Below are positions 8,262 to 16,867 of a stretch of DNA of 64,000 bases, piece after piece. Origin of the DNA: Planctomycetota bacterium (GTDB lineage Bacteria > Planctomycetota > UBA1135 > UBA2386); assembly GCA_028281765.1 (NCBI GenBank), contig JANQJF010000004.1, positions 26,384 through 90,383 on the forward strand. Reading direction: 5' to 3'. A model generated the notes under the pieces. That model was not told the origin of the DNA. It did no database searches and worked only from the letters and a program-made list of their open reading frames with translations. The first letter of the stretch is position 1; each line of letters begins with the position of its first letter. The position numbers and the translations under genes were made by a program.

Positions 8262-10461
8262 GGTCCTCCTCCGAATCCGAATCGTCCGCGGCTTCGAGCC
8301 TGTGCAGCGCCTGGTCGAGACGCAGCTTGAGGTTGGAGTCGGTCTCCGCCTGCCGCAAGGACTGGAGCGCACCAGAGGCCTCCACAGATCCGATCTGCGC
8401 GAGCGCGCGCACGATCATCGACCGGCGGTGGCTGTGGCGACTGACGAACGCGCTCGCGAACTTCTCGAGCATGCTGCCCTGCTTGTAGGCCTCGACGAGC
8501 GGACCCACGGCCTCGTCGCCGAGCGCGACGAGCACCGAGAGCACGTCATCGTCGAACGGCGTCGGCGACGCGGCGAGGCACTCGCAGAGTTCCGCGGCGG
8601 CGCGCGGGCCGCCTCGACTCAGGCGTTCGCGCAGCCTGTCCCGCACGGTCGCGCGACGATCGAGGTCGGCGTACGCCGAGACCTGGGCATCGAGCGCTCG
8701 ATCCCCCAATTGGTCGAGCAGGCGCCCGGCGGCGGCGCCGCGCAGTTCGTCGTCGAGGTGGTCGATCAGCATGCGTACCGTCGCGCGGCTGAAGCCCCGA
8801 CGCGCAAGGATCTCCTCGACGACGCCGGGCTCCCGCGCGTCGATCGAGTCGAACATGTCCGCGTCACGATTGAACGTAGGCTCGACGAGCAGCACCTCCG
8901 CCTGAAACGAGCCGGCTTCGACGCTCGACACGAATCGCTGCAGGACTTCGGTCGGCGCCTCGTTGAGCCGCCCGACGACTTCGACGGGCGGGAAGCGCTC
9001 GAGCACCTTCTGGAACTCCGCTTGGTCGGCGAGACCGATGTAGTAGTCGATGATCACCTTGCGAAGATCGCGATCCGCGGAGTCGAGCAACGCTTCGAAC
9101 TGAGGCAGCGCTTCACGACCGAAGGACTGCACGACGCGCCCGACGACCGCGGCGGACGAGCGACGGGCCAACATCTCGCCAAAGCGCTGGAACCAGTCGT
9201 CCTTGCGCTTGCGATAGGCGTCGAACAGGGCGGGCAGAATCTCCGCCCCCATGCGCTGGAGCAAGCTCGTGAAGAGTTCGTCTTCGGGACCGATCTCGAC
9301 CGCCCGCGCGAGCGTCTCCTCGACGGCCGGCGCCCCGATCTCCACGATCTCGTCGGCCGCCTCAGTCCGTCCGGATCCCGCGCGTTGCAGCAGGCGCTGG
9401 ACGTGCGCCCGGTTCTCTTCGATCGCGTCGATCACGTGCACCGGCGAGTCGAGCTCGCGATAGAGATCCGGTTCGGTCGGCCGGCACGAGCCGTGGACCC
9501 CGCAGTGCGGACAGGTCGGCACAGGCTCTGGCAGCGGCGCGCCGCAGTTGCTGCAAGCGTAGGCCGCATGCGGCGCGATCGCCGCGAGCGCGAGCGGCGT
9601 CGCGGCGCTCCGCACAGGGAGGTGGACGTCGGCCTCGCCGCCCGACTCGCCCGGCGCGGGGAGCGCGAGGTTGACAAGGTGTCGCGCGAGTCCCGGGTCA
9701 CCGTTTTGCGCCCACTCCAACTTGGCCGCAACGCGCTTGATCTCGGGCAGATCGCCGCCGCACTGCGCGGCCTGCGCCAGGAGTCGCCGCGCTGTCGCTG
9801 GATCTCCACCGCCGAGCGACACCTTGGCCGCCATCGCGAACGCGCGCGCGCCCTCGGCGCGCACTCGCTCCCGCTCGGCGCCGCTCGGGAGCAGGAGCGA
9901 GAGACGCTGCGCCGTTTCTCCGGCATCGGCCGGCTGGCCGGCCGCGAGCTGGGCACGCAGGAGCACGCGATGCGCGTCGAGCTCGCCGGCGTGCTGGTCG
10001 ACCGCGGCGCGTGCGGCCGTGACCGCATCCGCCGACCGTCCGCTGTCCAACAGCGCCTGTGCCAGCGCGACCTGATTGCGGCGACTCTGCACGCCGAAGC
10101 CCCGCGCGAGCTGCACGTGGTGCTTGTGGGCCTCACCCGGCTCGCCGAGCTCGGCCAGGGTCTGGGCGTAGAACAGGCGCGCGGTGGTGTTCTCCGGATC
10201 CTCGGTCAGCACGCGCGACAGACGCGCCGCCGCGGCCTTGGTGTCCCCGTGGAGGGCCTGCTCGACGCCGAGCAGGAAGTCGCGCATCGCGGCGCGTCCA
10301 CGCGCCTCCCGGACCGCACGCGACAGCCTGCCGATCAGGAACCAGAACGCGATCCCGACGACGGCCAGCAGCACCAGCTGCACCAGCGCAGGCTCGGCGG
10401 CGATACGCTCGAGCAGGCCCGCAGGCTCCGGCTCGGACGGCGGATCTTGGAGAGCTAACAC
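8245..10461 (-). CDS. LapB/YciM-like protein: N-terminal TM helix + TPR repeats + CxxC..CxxC zinc ribbon, fused to a ~400-aa HEAT-like C-terminal region
   Basis: GTG start at 10461. TM helix LVLLAVVGIAFWFLIG, TPR-like repeats, zinc ribbon CSNCGAPLPEPVPTCPHCG (nt 9502-9555), then helical repeats resembling HEAT. Confidence 0.6.
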   Translation of the reverse strand: MLALQDPPSEPEPAGLLERIAAEPALVQLVLLAVVGIAFWFLIGRLSRAVREARGRAAMRDFLLGVEQALHGDTKAAAARLSRVLTEDPENTTARLFYAQTLAELGEPGEAHKHHVQLARGFGVQSRRNQVALAQALLDSGRSADAVTAARAAVDQHAGELDAHRVLLRAQLAAGQPADAGETAQRLSLLLPSGAERERVRAEGARAFAMAAKVSLGGGDPATARRLLAQAAQCGGDLPEIKRVAAKLEWAQNGDPGLARHLVNLALPAPGESGGEADVHLPVRSAATPLALAAIAPHAAYACSNCGAPLPEPVPTCPHCGVHGSCRPTEPDLYRELDSPVHVIDAIEENRAHVQRLLQRAGSGRTEAADEIVEIGAPAVEETLARAVEIGPEDELFTSLLQRMGAEILPALFDAYRKRKDDWFQRFGEMLARRSSAAVVGRVVQSFGREALPQFEALLDSADRDLRKVIIDYYIGLADQAEFQKVLERFPPVEVVGRLNEAPTEVLQRFVSSVEAGSFQAEVLLVEPTFNRDADMFDSIDAREPGVVEEILARRGFSRATVRMLIDHLDDELRGAAAGRLLDQLGDRALDAQVSAYADLDRRATVRDRLRERLSRGGPRAAAELCECLAASPTPFDDDVLSVLVALGDEAVGPLVEAYKQGSMLEKFASAFVSRHSHRRSMIVRALAQIGSVEASGALQSLRQAETDSNLKLRLDQALHRLEAADDSDSEEDHGQAG

Positions 10462-10486
10462 GCGGCCATGACGATACGGGCGGCCG

Positions 10487-11581
10487 TCATGATATTCGCC
10501 CCTCTCGGCGGCGGCGAGCCGCCGTCAGCGCAGATTCGAGAAGCCGGTCGATCAGCTCGGGGAACTCGATTCCGTCGTGGGCGGCGCACTTCGGCAGGAG
10601 GCTCGCCTGCGTGAGCCCGGGGATCGTGTTCACCTCGAGCACGAACGGCCCGTGCTCCGTCACGATCATGTCGGTGCGAGACATGCCGTCGCACTGCAGG
10701 GCCTCGTGACAACGCAGCGCGAGGTCTCGGACCTCGCTGCACATCGCCGTCGACAGCGCGCGCGGCGGCACGACCTCCACGCACTTACCCGGCGTGTACT
10801 TCGCGTCATGCGAGAAGTGGTCGTCTTCGACCGCGTAGACGCCGATCGGCGTCAGCGCCTCGACCGACTCACCGGCGTTGCCGAGCACGGGGACGGAGAT
10901 CTCTTCGCCGGAGAGCGAACTCTCGACGAGGTAGCGGCGACCGGCACCGCGGTGCTGCTCGAGAAACTCGACGAGCTCGTCACGATCTCGGACCTTCGCG
11001 ACACCGAGCGAGGAACCGGACGTGTCGACCTTCGCGAACGCGGGGAACCCGACGGTCGTCGCGACGCGCCGCGCCTCTTCGACTGGGTCGATCGCGTGCA
11101 GCGGCACGCGGCCCACGTAGGCTTCGGCCATCGGAATGCCCGCGGACGTCAGGCACTCCCGCGCACGAATCTTGTCGATCGCGACCGCGGAGGCCGCCAC
11201 ATCGGAGCCGACGCAAGGTAGGTCGCACAGCGCGAGCATTCCTTGCACCGTGCCGTCTTCACCCCAAGGGCCGTGAAGCGCCGGAAACGCGACTTGCGCA
11301 CCGCACTCGGACTGCAGCCAGGCCACCGCGACGCCCGGATGCATGGCGTTCCAGTCGTCGAAGTCGAATGGATCCTCGTCGGGATCCGGACTGGACGAAC
11401 GCACCCACCACACGGGGTCGTTCCGGTCGAGCCGCACGACTAACGGCTGCCACCGGTCGCGCGGCATCGCGCGCAGGAGCTCACGCGCGGAGTCGATCGA
11501 GACGGCGTGTTCGGGCGAGCGGCCACCGGCGAGAACGGCGACCGGAATCGCCTGTCGCCGCCCTGGACCGACCTTGCTCAT
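10487..11581 (-). CDS. ddl: D-alanine--D-alanine ligase
   Basis: Motifs VLAGGRSPEHAVS, ALHGPWGEDGTVQG, FAKVDTSGSSLGV and the ATP-grasp signature EVNTIPGLT. A GAGG sits 5 nt upstream of the ATG. Confidence 0.9.
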   Translation of the reverse strand: MSKVGPGRRQAIPVAVLAGGRSPEHAVSIDSARELLRAMPRDRWQPLVVRLDRNDPVWWVRSSSPDPDEDPFDFDDWNAMHPGVAVAWLQSECGAQVAFPALHGPWGEDGTVQGMLALCDLPCVGSDVAASAVAIDKIRARECLTSAGIPMAEAYVGRVPLHAIDPVEEARRVATTVGFPAFAKVDTSGSSLGVAKVRDRDELVEFLEQHRGAGRRYLVESSLSGEEISVPVLGNAGESVEALTPIGVYAVEDDHFSHDAKYTPGKCVEVVPPRALSTAMCSEVRDLALRCHEALQCDGMSRTDMIVTEHGPFVLEVNTIPGLTQASLLPKCAAHDGIEFPELIDRLLESALTAARRRREGRIS

Positions 11582-11590
11582 GGCCGCCTC

Positions 11591-11944
11591 TCAGCCGAGC
11601 TTCTTCTTCTGCTCGAGGCGGTCGTCTGACAGCTGCTCGAGGATGTTGTCGACGAGGCCCACCATCGCTTCGTGCTGCTTTTCGAGCACGTGGATGCGCT
11701 GCACGAGCTTCTCGACGATCGGCGGCATGATCGCCTCGAGCGTGAAGTTCTTGACCTCGGTGAGAGTCTCCAGCTTCGCGGGGTCGGGATCGCCGTGGAA
11801 GTGGAACGTGTACGCGTTGTTCAGGGCCTGCTCGGTGAACTCGAGGATCTCGTTCGTGCGATCCTTCACGCACTCGTTGTTGTGAGAGATCTTGAACGCC
11901 TCCACTTTGTAGGCGTGGAGCAGGTCATGGAACTTCTTGCGCAC
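11591..11944 (-). CDS. Hypothetical 117-aa protein (predicted helical/coiled-coil), immediately upstream of ddl
   Basis: GTG start with GAGGT 5-6 nt upstream. The stop lies 9 nt before the ddl ATG. The composition is Lys/Glu/Asn-rich and visibly less GC-rich than the neighbours. I recognise no family. Confidence 0.55.
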   Translation of the reverse strand: MRKKFHDLLHAYKVEAFKISHNNECVKDRTNEILEFTEQALNNAYTFHFHGDPDPAKLETLTEVKNFTLEAIMPPIVEKLVQRIHVLEKQHEAMVGLVDNILEQLSDDRLEQKKKLG

Positions 11945-11997
11945 GGCGCACCTCGGGATCGGGGTTCAGCGGGGATGGAGGGAGAGTGCCCCGCAGT

Positions 11998-13251
11998 CTA
12001 CCCGTCGAAGCGCGCGACCGCCAGGCACGCGTTGTGCCCGCCGAAGCCCAGCGAGTTGCTGATTGCGGCCCGGACGCGCGCCTCGCGCGCCTCGTTGGGC
12101 ACGTAGTCCAGATCGCATTCGGGATCCGGAGTCTCGTAATTGATGGTAGGCGGAATCACACCGTGGTGAATGGCCTTCGTGGTCGCGACGAGCTCGACCG
12201 CGCCGGACGCGCCGAGCAGGTGCCCGACCATCGACTTCGTCGAGGAGACCTGCAGCTTGGACTTGGCGTGGTCGCCGAAGACCTGCTTCAGGGCCATCGT
12301 CTCGGTCTTGTCGTTGAGCGGGGTGCTCGTGCCGTGCGCGTTGCAGTAGTCGAAAGCCGCGAGGTCGAGACCCGACTCCTTGACTGCCAGCGACATGGCC
12401 CTGGCAGCCCCGGTGCCGTCTTCTCGCGGCGCCGTCAGGTGGAACGCGTCGTCCGTCGAGCCGTAGCCGACGATTTCGGCGAGGATCACCGCGCCGCGCT
12501 GCTTCGCGTGCTCGAGCTCCTCGATGACCAGCGCTCCGGACCCTTCACCCATGACGAATCCGTCGCGGTCCCGATCGAAGGGGCGCGACGCCCGCTGCGG
12601 GTCGTCGTTCCGCGTCGACAGCGCCTTGAGCGAGCAGAAGCCTGCGAGCGCCAGCGCCGTCGTCGAGGTCTCGGCACCGCCCGTCAGCGCCATGTCGATC
12701 TCGTCATACTTGACGGCTCGGAACGCCTGCCCGATCGCGTGGGTCGAGCTCGCGCACGCCGAGGACGTCGCGTAGCAGGTCCCTTGCAGACCGAACTTCA
12801 GTGCCGCCTGCCCCGCGAGCGCGTTCGACATCAGCTTTGGGATGAAGAACGGGCTGACCCGTCCCGGCCCCTTGGTCTCGAACACCATCTTGGTGTCCTC
12901 GAGCTCGTTGATGCCACCGATGCCGGTGCCGAGGATGCAGCCCATCCGCGTGGCGTCACCGGCGGCGACATCCAGCCCGGAGTGCTTCATCGCCTCTTCG
13001 CCCGCAATCAGCATCAGCTGGGAGTAGACGTCGAGACGCCGCAGCTCCTGCTTGCTGTAGTACTTCAGCGGGTCGTAGAGGTTGCCCTGCACCTCGCACG
13101 CGAACTTGGTCGTGTGCTGGGAGACGTCGAAGCGCGTGATCGGCCCTGCGGCCGAGCGCCCGGCGAGCATCCCATCCCACGTCGTGGGTAGGTCCAGGCC
13201 GAGCGGGGTCAGCGCCCCGACGCCGGTGATGACGACTCTGCGATTACTCAT
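11998..13251 (-). CDS. fabF: Beta-ketoacyl-ACP synthase II
   Basis: Motifs RRVVITGVG, active-site ATSSACASSTHAIG, NAHGTSTPLND, GHLLGASG, SNSLGFGGHNA. Confidence 0.95.
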   Translation of the reverse strand: MSNRRVVITGVGALTPLGLDLPTTWDGMLAGRSAAGPITRFDVSQHTTKFACEVQGNLYDPLKYYSKQELRRLDVYSQLMLIAGEEAMKHSGLDVAAGDATRMGCILGTGIGGINELEDTKMVFETKGPGRVSPFFIPKLMSNALAGQAALKFGLQGTCYATSSACASSTHAIGQAFRAVKYDEIDMALTGGAETSTTALALAGFCSLKALSTRNDDPQRASRPFDRDRDGFVMGEGSGALVIEELEHAKQRGAVILAEIVGYGSTDDAFHLTAPREDGTGAARAMSLAVKESGLDLAAFDYCNAHGTSTPLNDKTETMALKQVFGDHAKSKLQVSSTKSMVGHLLGASGAVELVATTKAIHHGVIPPTINYETPDPECDLDYVPNEAREARVRAAISNSLGFGGHNACLAVARFDG

Positions 13252-13284
13252 CGCGGCTCACGGGAAGAAGGCAGAAGCTCGAAC

Positions 13285-13527
13285 TCAGAGCTTCTCGGAG
13301 ATGTACTTCACGGCATCGCCGACGGTTTGGATCTTCTCCGCATCTTCGTCGGGGATGTTGATTTGGAATTCGTCTTCGAACTCCATGACGAGCTCGACGG
13401 TGTCGAGCGAATCGGCGCCGAGGTCGTTGATGAACGACGTCTCCGACGAAACCTTGTCGCGGCTCGTTCCGAGCTGCTCACAAACGATGTTCAGGACGCG
13501 TTCTTCGACGGTTCCAGCTTGGGACAC
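13285..13527 (-). CDS. acpP: Acyl carrier protein
   Basis: An 80-aa protein with the [17 protein letters not shown] phosphopantetheine-attachment motif. Confidence 0.95.
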   Translation of the reverse strand: MSQAGTVEERVLNIVCEQLGTSRDKVSSETSFINDLGADSLDTVELVMEFEDEFQINIPDEDAEKIQTVGDAVKYISEKL

Positions 13528-13630
13528 GGTGAACCTCTTCTGAGGATCTCAGGGGGAAAACGGGAAGGATAGGTAGGGTCGGCGCGCGGGAAAATGGACG
13601 ATTTGGCCCAGCCCGGCAAAAAACCCCTGC

Positions 13631-14377
13631 TTACATACACATTCCGCCGTCTACGACCAGAACCTGGCCGGTGATGTACCGGGCCGCGGGGGTCGCGAGG
13701 AACGTCACGGCGGCGGCGACTTCGTCCGCGACGCCGATCCGCCCCAGCGGGATCGAGTTGATCAGCCACTCCTGCACCGAATCGGGAAGCTCCGACGTCA
13801 TGTCGGTTTCGATGTAGCCAGGAGCAACGGCGTTGACGGTAACCGCGCGGCCCGCGAGTTCTTTCGCGAGCGACTTCGACATGCCGACGAGCCCGGCCTT
13901 GCTCGCCGAGTAGTTGGCCTGCCCCGGGTTGCCCATGAGGCCGACCACGGACGCGATGTTGATGATCCGGCCGTCTTCGGCCTTCGAGAGACCCCGCGCG
14001 AACGCCTTGCACATCAAGAACGCGCCGCGGAGGTTGATCCCGATGACCTTGTCGAAGTCGTCGGGACTCATGCGCATGAACGAGCCGTCTTGGGTGACGC
14101 CGGCGTTGTTCACGAGAATGGAGAGCGATTGGCCGCTCTCGCGCACGTTTTCGGCGAGCTGCGCCACCTGGGACTCGTCGGAGATGTCGCACGCGAGTCC
14201 GGCGGCCTCACCACCGGCTTCGCCACACGCAGCGATCGTCTCGTCACAGCCGCCCTCCCGCGTCGAGACGCAGAAGACGAACGCGCCATTGCGCGCGAGA
14301 TCCACGGCAATCGCGCGGCCGATTCCACGGGACGCACCGCTGACGAGCGCCGTCTTGCCTTGGAGACTCTTGTCCAT
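13631..14377 (-). CDS. fabG: 3-oxoacyl-ACP reductase (SDR family)
   Basis: Motifs TALVSGASRGIGRAIA, NNAG, YSASKAG. Located between fabH and acpP. Confidence 0.9.
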   Translation of the reverse strand: MDKSLQGKTALVSGASRGIGRAIAVDLARNGAFVFCVSTREGGCDETIAACGEAGGEAAGLACDISDESQVAQLAENVRESGQSLSILVNNAGVTQDGSFMRMSPDDFDKVIGINLRGAFLMCKAFARGLSKAEDGRIINIASVVGLMGNPGQANYSASKAGLVGMSKSLAKELAGRAVTVNAVAPGYIETDMTSELPDSVQEWLINSIPLGRIGVADEVAAAVTFLATPAARYITGQVLVVDGGMCM

Positions 14378-14410
14378 GTTCGAGGTATTCCGACTCGGTT
14401 CCTGCCGTGC

Positions 14411-15400
14411 CTACCAGCGCACGAGAACGTGACCCCAGGCCATGCCGGCGCCGAACGCCGGCATGCACACGAGCTTGCCCTTCTCGAGCTTGCCGGCTTC
14501 CATCGCCTCGTTGAGCGCGAGGGGAACCGACGCGGCGGACGTGTTCCCGAAGGACTGGATGTTCGTGTAGACCTTTTCCATCGGCAGATCGATGCGTTCC
14601 GCGGCGCTCTCGATGATCCGCAGATTGACCTGATGCGGCACGACGAGACCGAGTTCGTCCCAGCCGTAGGGCTCAACGGAGGTCTTGACGAGGTCGGCGA
14701 GCGTTTTGACCGCGAAGCGGTAGACCTTCTTGCCGCCCATGTGGATGTAGTGGAGGCGCTGCTCGATCGTCTCGTGCGACGCGGGATGACGACTACCGCC
14801 ACCCGGCACCATGAGAACGTCCTCTTGTGCGCCCTCCATGCAGGTGCTTCCGCCCAGGTACTCGGCGCGCTGCGCGCGCTCGTACGGCGTGAACACCGTC
14901 GCGCCCGCGCCGTCACCGAAGAGCACGCAGGTCTCGCGGTTCTGGTAGTCGACGATCGAGCTGAGCTTCTCGACGCCGACGACGAGCACGCACTTATACG
15001 TGCCGGTCGCGATGAACTGCGCCGCGACCTGCGCACCGAACACCCACCCGCTGCACGCCGCACCGAGGTCCCACCCGCCGGCGCGGGTCGCGCCGATGTC
15101 CGCACCGATGCGGCACGCGGTCGCCGGGAACGGCTGGTCGCCGCTCACCGTCGCGCAGATGATCAGGTCGACTTCCTCGGGGCTGATGTCGCCCTCGGCC
15201 AGCGCGCGGAGCGAAGCCTCGCGAGCGAGGTCACTCGCCGCCTCGTCCGGTGCGGCGATGCGCCGCGAACGGATTCCCGTGCGCTGCTGGATCCATTCGT
15301 CCGACGTCTCGACGAGCTTCTCGAGCTCGCTGTTGTGCATCGCGCGCTCGGGCGCATACGCACCGACGCCCGCGATCCCGACTCGAATCAAATCACCCAT
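14411..15400 (-). CDS. fabH: Beta-ketoacyl-ACP synthase III
   Basis: Motifs GAACSGW (active Cys), VPHQVNLRI, GNTSAASVPLAL. The start overlaps the plsX stop (TAATG). Confidence 0.9.
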   Translation of the reverse strand: MGDLIRVGIAGVGAYAPERAMHNSELEKLVETSDEWIQQRTGIRSRRIAAPDEAASDLAREASLRALAEGDISPEEVDLIICATVSGDQPFPATACRIGADIGATRAGGWDLGAACSGWVFGAQVAAQFIATGTYKCVLVVGVEKLSSIVDYQNRETCVLFGDGAGATVFTPYERAQRAEYLGGSTCMEGAQEDVLMVPGGGSRHPASHETIEQRLHYIHMGGKKVYRFAVKTLADLVKTSVEPYGWDELGLVVPHQVNLRIIESAAERIDLPMEKVYTNIQSFGNTSAASVPLALNEAMEAGKLEKGKLVCMPAFGAGMAWGHVLVRW

Positions 15401-16410
15401 TACGTGGCCGCCGGTACCGATCGCGCCGCAGCGACGATGTGTTGATTGACGTGAGCCCCGACGGCCTTCAACGCGAAGTTGATCGCATTGCAGATCGCCG
15501 GCCCCTTGGAACGACCATGGCAGATGGTCACGAAGCCCTCGACGCCGAGCAGCAGCGCGCCGCCGTATTCGGAGAAGTCGACGTGACGCAGCATCTTCGA
15601 CAGGATCGACTGCTGCTTTTCGGGCGCGACTTCAGCCTCGCCGAGCAGTCGACCGAACGAGCGCATCATGTATTCCGCGACACCTTCGCTGACCTTCAGC
15701 AGGACGTTGCCCGTGAAGCCATCGCTGACGACGACGTCGCACGCACCGTGGAAAACGTCGACGCCTTCGACGTTGCCGACGAACTCGAAGTTGGGCGCCG
15801 ACTGCTTGAGCAGGTCGGAGGCCTCGCGCACGAGCGGGTTGCCCTTGCGATCCTCCGAGCCGATGTTCAGCAACCCGACGCGCGGCACGTCTTTGCCGAA
15901 CGTGTCGTGGTAGAGCGCCGAGCCCATGATCGCGTAGTGCAGGAGATGCAGCGGCTTTGGCTGTGGGTTCGCGCCGACGTCGATGACCGTGAACGGGGTC
16001 TGCTCGCCCTGGATCGTCGCGGCGATCCCCGGCCGGCGGATGCCCTCGAGGCACTTGAGGTTCAGGGTCGCGGTCGCGACGACGAGGCCCGTGTTGCCGG
16101 CGCTCACGAACGCCTCGGCGCGGCCTTCTTGGACTTCCCTGACGCCGAGCGCGACGCTGTTGTTCGGACGCTTGCGTACGGCCTCCACGGGGGAGGTAAT
16201 GCCCTCGAGGCTGTCCGGCGCATCGATGATCTCGAACCCGTCCGGCGATTCACCGCGGTTCGCGAACTCCGCACGGATCGCGTCTCCGGAGCCGGTCAGC
16301 AGGATCTGCTCCCGAGTCGCATAGCCCCGCTCGACCGACAGCAACGCGCCGTCGATCGCGGCAGCGGGGGCGTGATCCCCCCCCATCGCGTCCAGTGCGA
16401 CCTTGATCAA
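15400..16410 (-). CDS. plsX: Phosphate acyltransferase PlsX
   Basis: Motifs IALDAMGGDHAP-like N-terminus, VSAGNTGL, DGFTGNVLLK. Canonical rpmF-plsX-fabH context. Confidence 0.9.
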   Translation of the reverse strand: MIKVALDAMGGDHAPAAAIDGALLSVERGYATREQILLTGSGDAIRAEFANRGESPDGFEIIDAPDSLEGITSPVEAVRKRPNNSVALGVREVQEGRAEAFVSAGNTGLVVATATLNLKCLEGIRRPGIAATIQGEQTPFTVIDVGANPQPKPLHLLHYAIMGSALYHDTFGKDVPRVGLLNIGSEDRKGNPLVREASDLLKQSAPNFEFVGNVEGVDVFHGACDVVVSDGFTGNVLLKVSEGVAEYMMRSFGRLLGEAEVAPEKQQSILSKMLRHVDFSEYGGALLLGVEGFVTICHGRSKGPAICNAINFALKAVGAHVNQHIVAAARSVPAAT

Positions 16411-16465
16411 TGGTCTGTGGAGTCCAGGGTTTGAAGACGAAGCGTAGAGCGACGTGACGCCGCGC

Positions 16466-16648
16466 TTACGCGGTCTTGCCGACGATCACCTGCTTGCCGC
16501 GATAGTAGCCGCACTGCGGGCAGATGTGGTGCGGACGAATCATCGTGCCGCAATGGCTGCACGCCACGAGCTGAAGCGCCGGTTGCGCATCGTGCGCCCG
16601 ACGGTTGCCTCGACGAGACCTGCTGATGCGACGCTTGGGGACTGCCAT
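16466..16648 (-). CDS. rpmF: 50S ribosomal protein L32
   Basis: MAVPKRRISRSRRGNRRAH.. with CxxC..CxxC (CSHCG..CPQCG). The listed 124-aa ORF was trimmed to the conserved MAVPKRR start. Confidence 0.9.
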   Translation of the reverse strand: MAVPKRRISRSRRGNRRAHDAQPALQLVACSHCGTMIRPHHICPQCGYYRGKQVIVGKTA

Positions 16649-16867
16649 ACCGTTCCTCTGACTTGCGGTGCACCGGGATGCACCGGCGTAAGCTGGGACG
16701 ACAGAAGGATCCTGCCGCCCTGGGAAGGGGGCGAACTCTACGCCCGCGCCCGACCAAGTCAATCCGGCAACGGGGACGAATTTCGGGGGTCCGCAGGGAC
16801 CCGGAATTTCGCTCCCGAAGGCCTCGGGAGGGCCTTGCAACCCGAGATGCAGGCCCGGCCGAATGCC

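Noticed and set aside
7936-10458. An 840-aa ORF on the plus strand.
   Set aside because: It is antisense to the TPR/zinc-ribbon/HEAT gene and extremely Arg-rich. It has no start context or motifs. Shadow ORF.
16649-16867. The N-terminal extension of rpmF (listed 124-aa ORF) or a missing yceD-like gene upstream of rpmF.
   Set aside because: The extension is Pro/Gly/Ala-rich with no similarity to DUF177. L32 conservation begins at MAVPKRR. The region folds into several hairpins that look like the alaS terminator and the rpmF leader.
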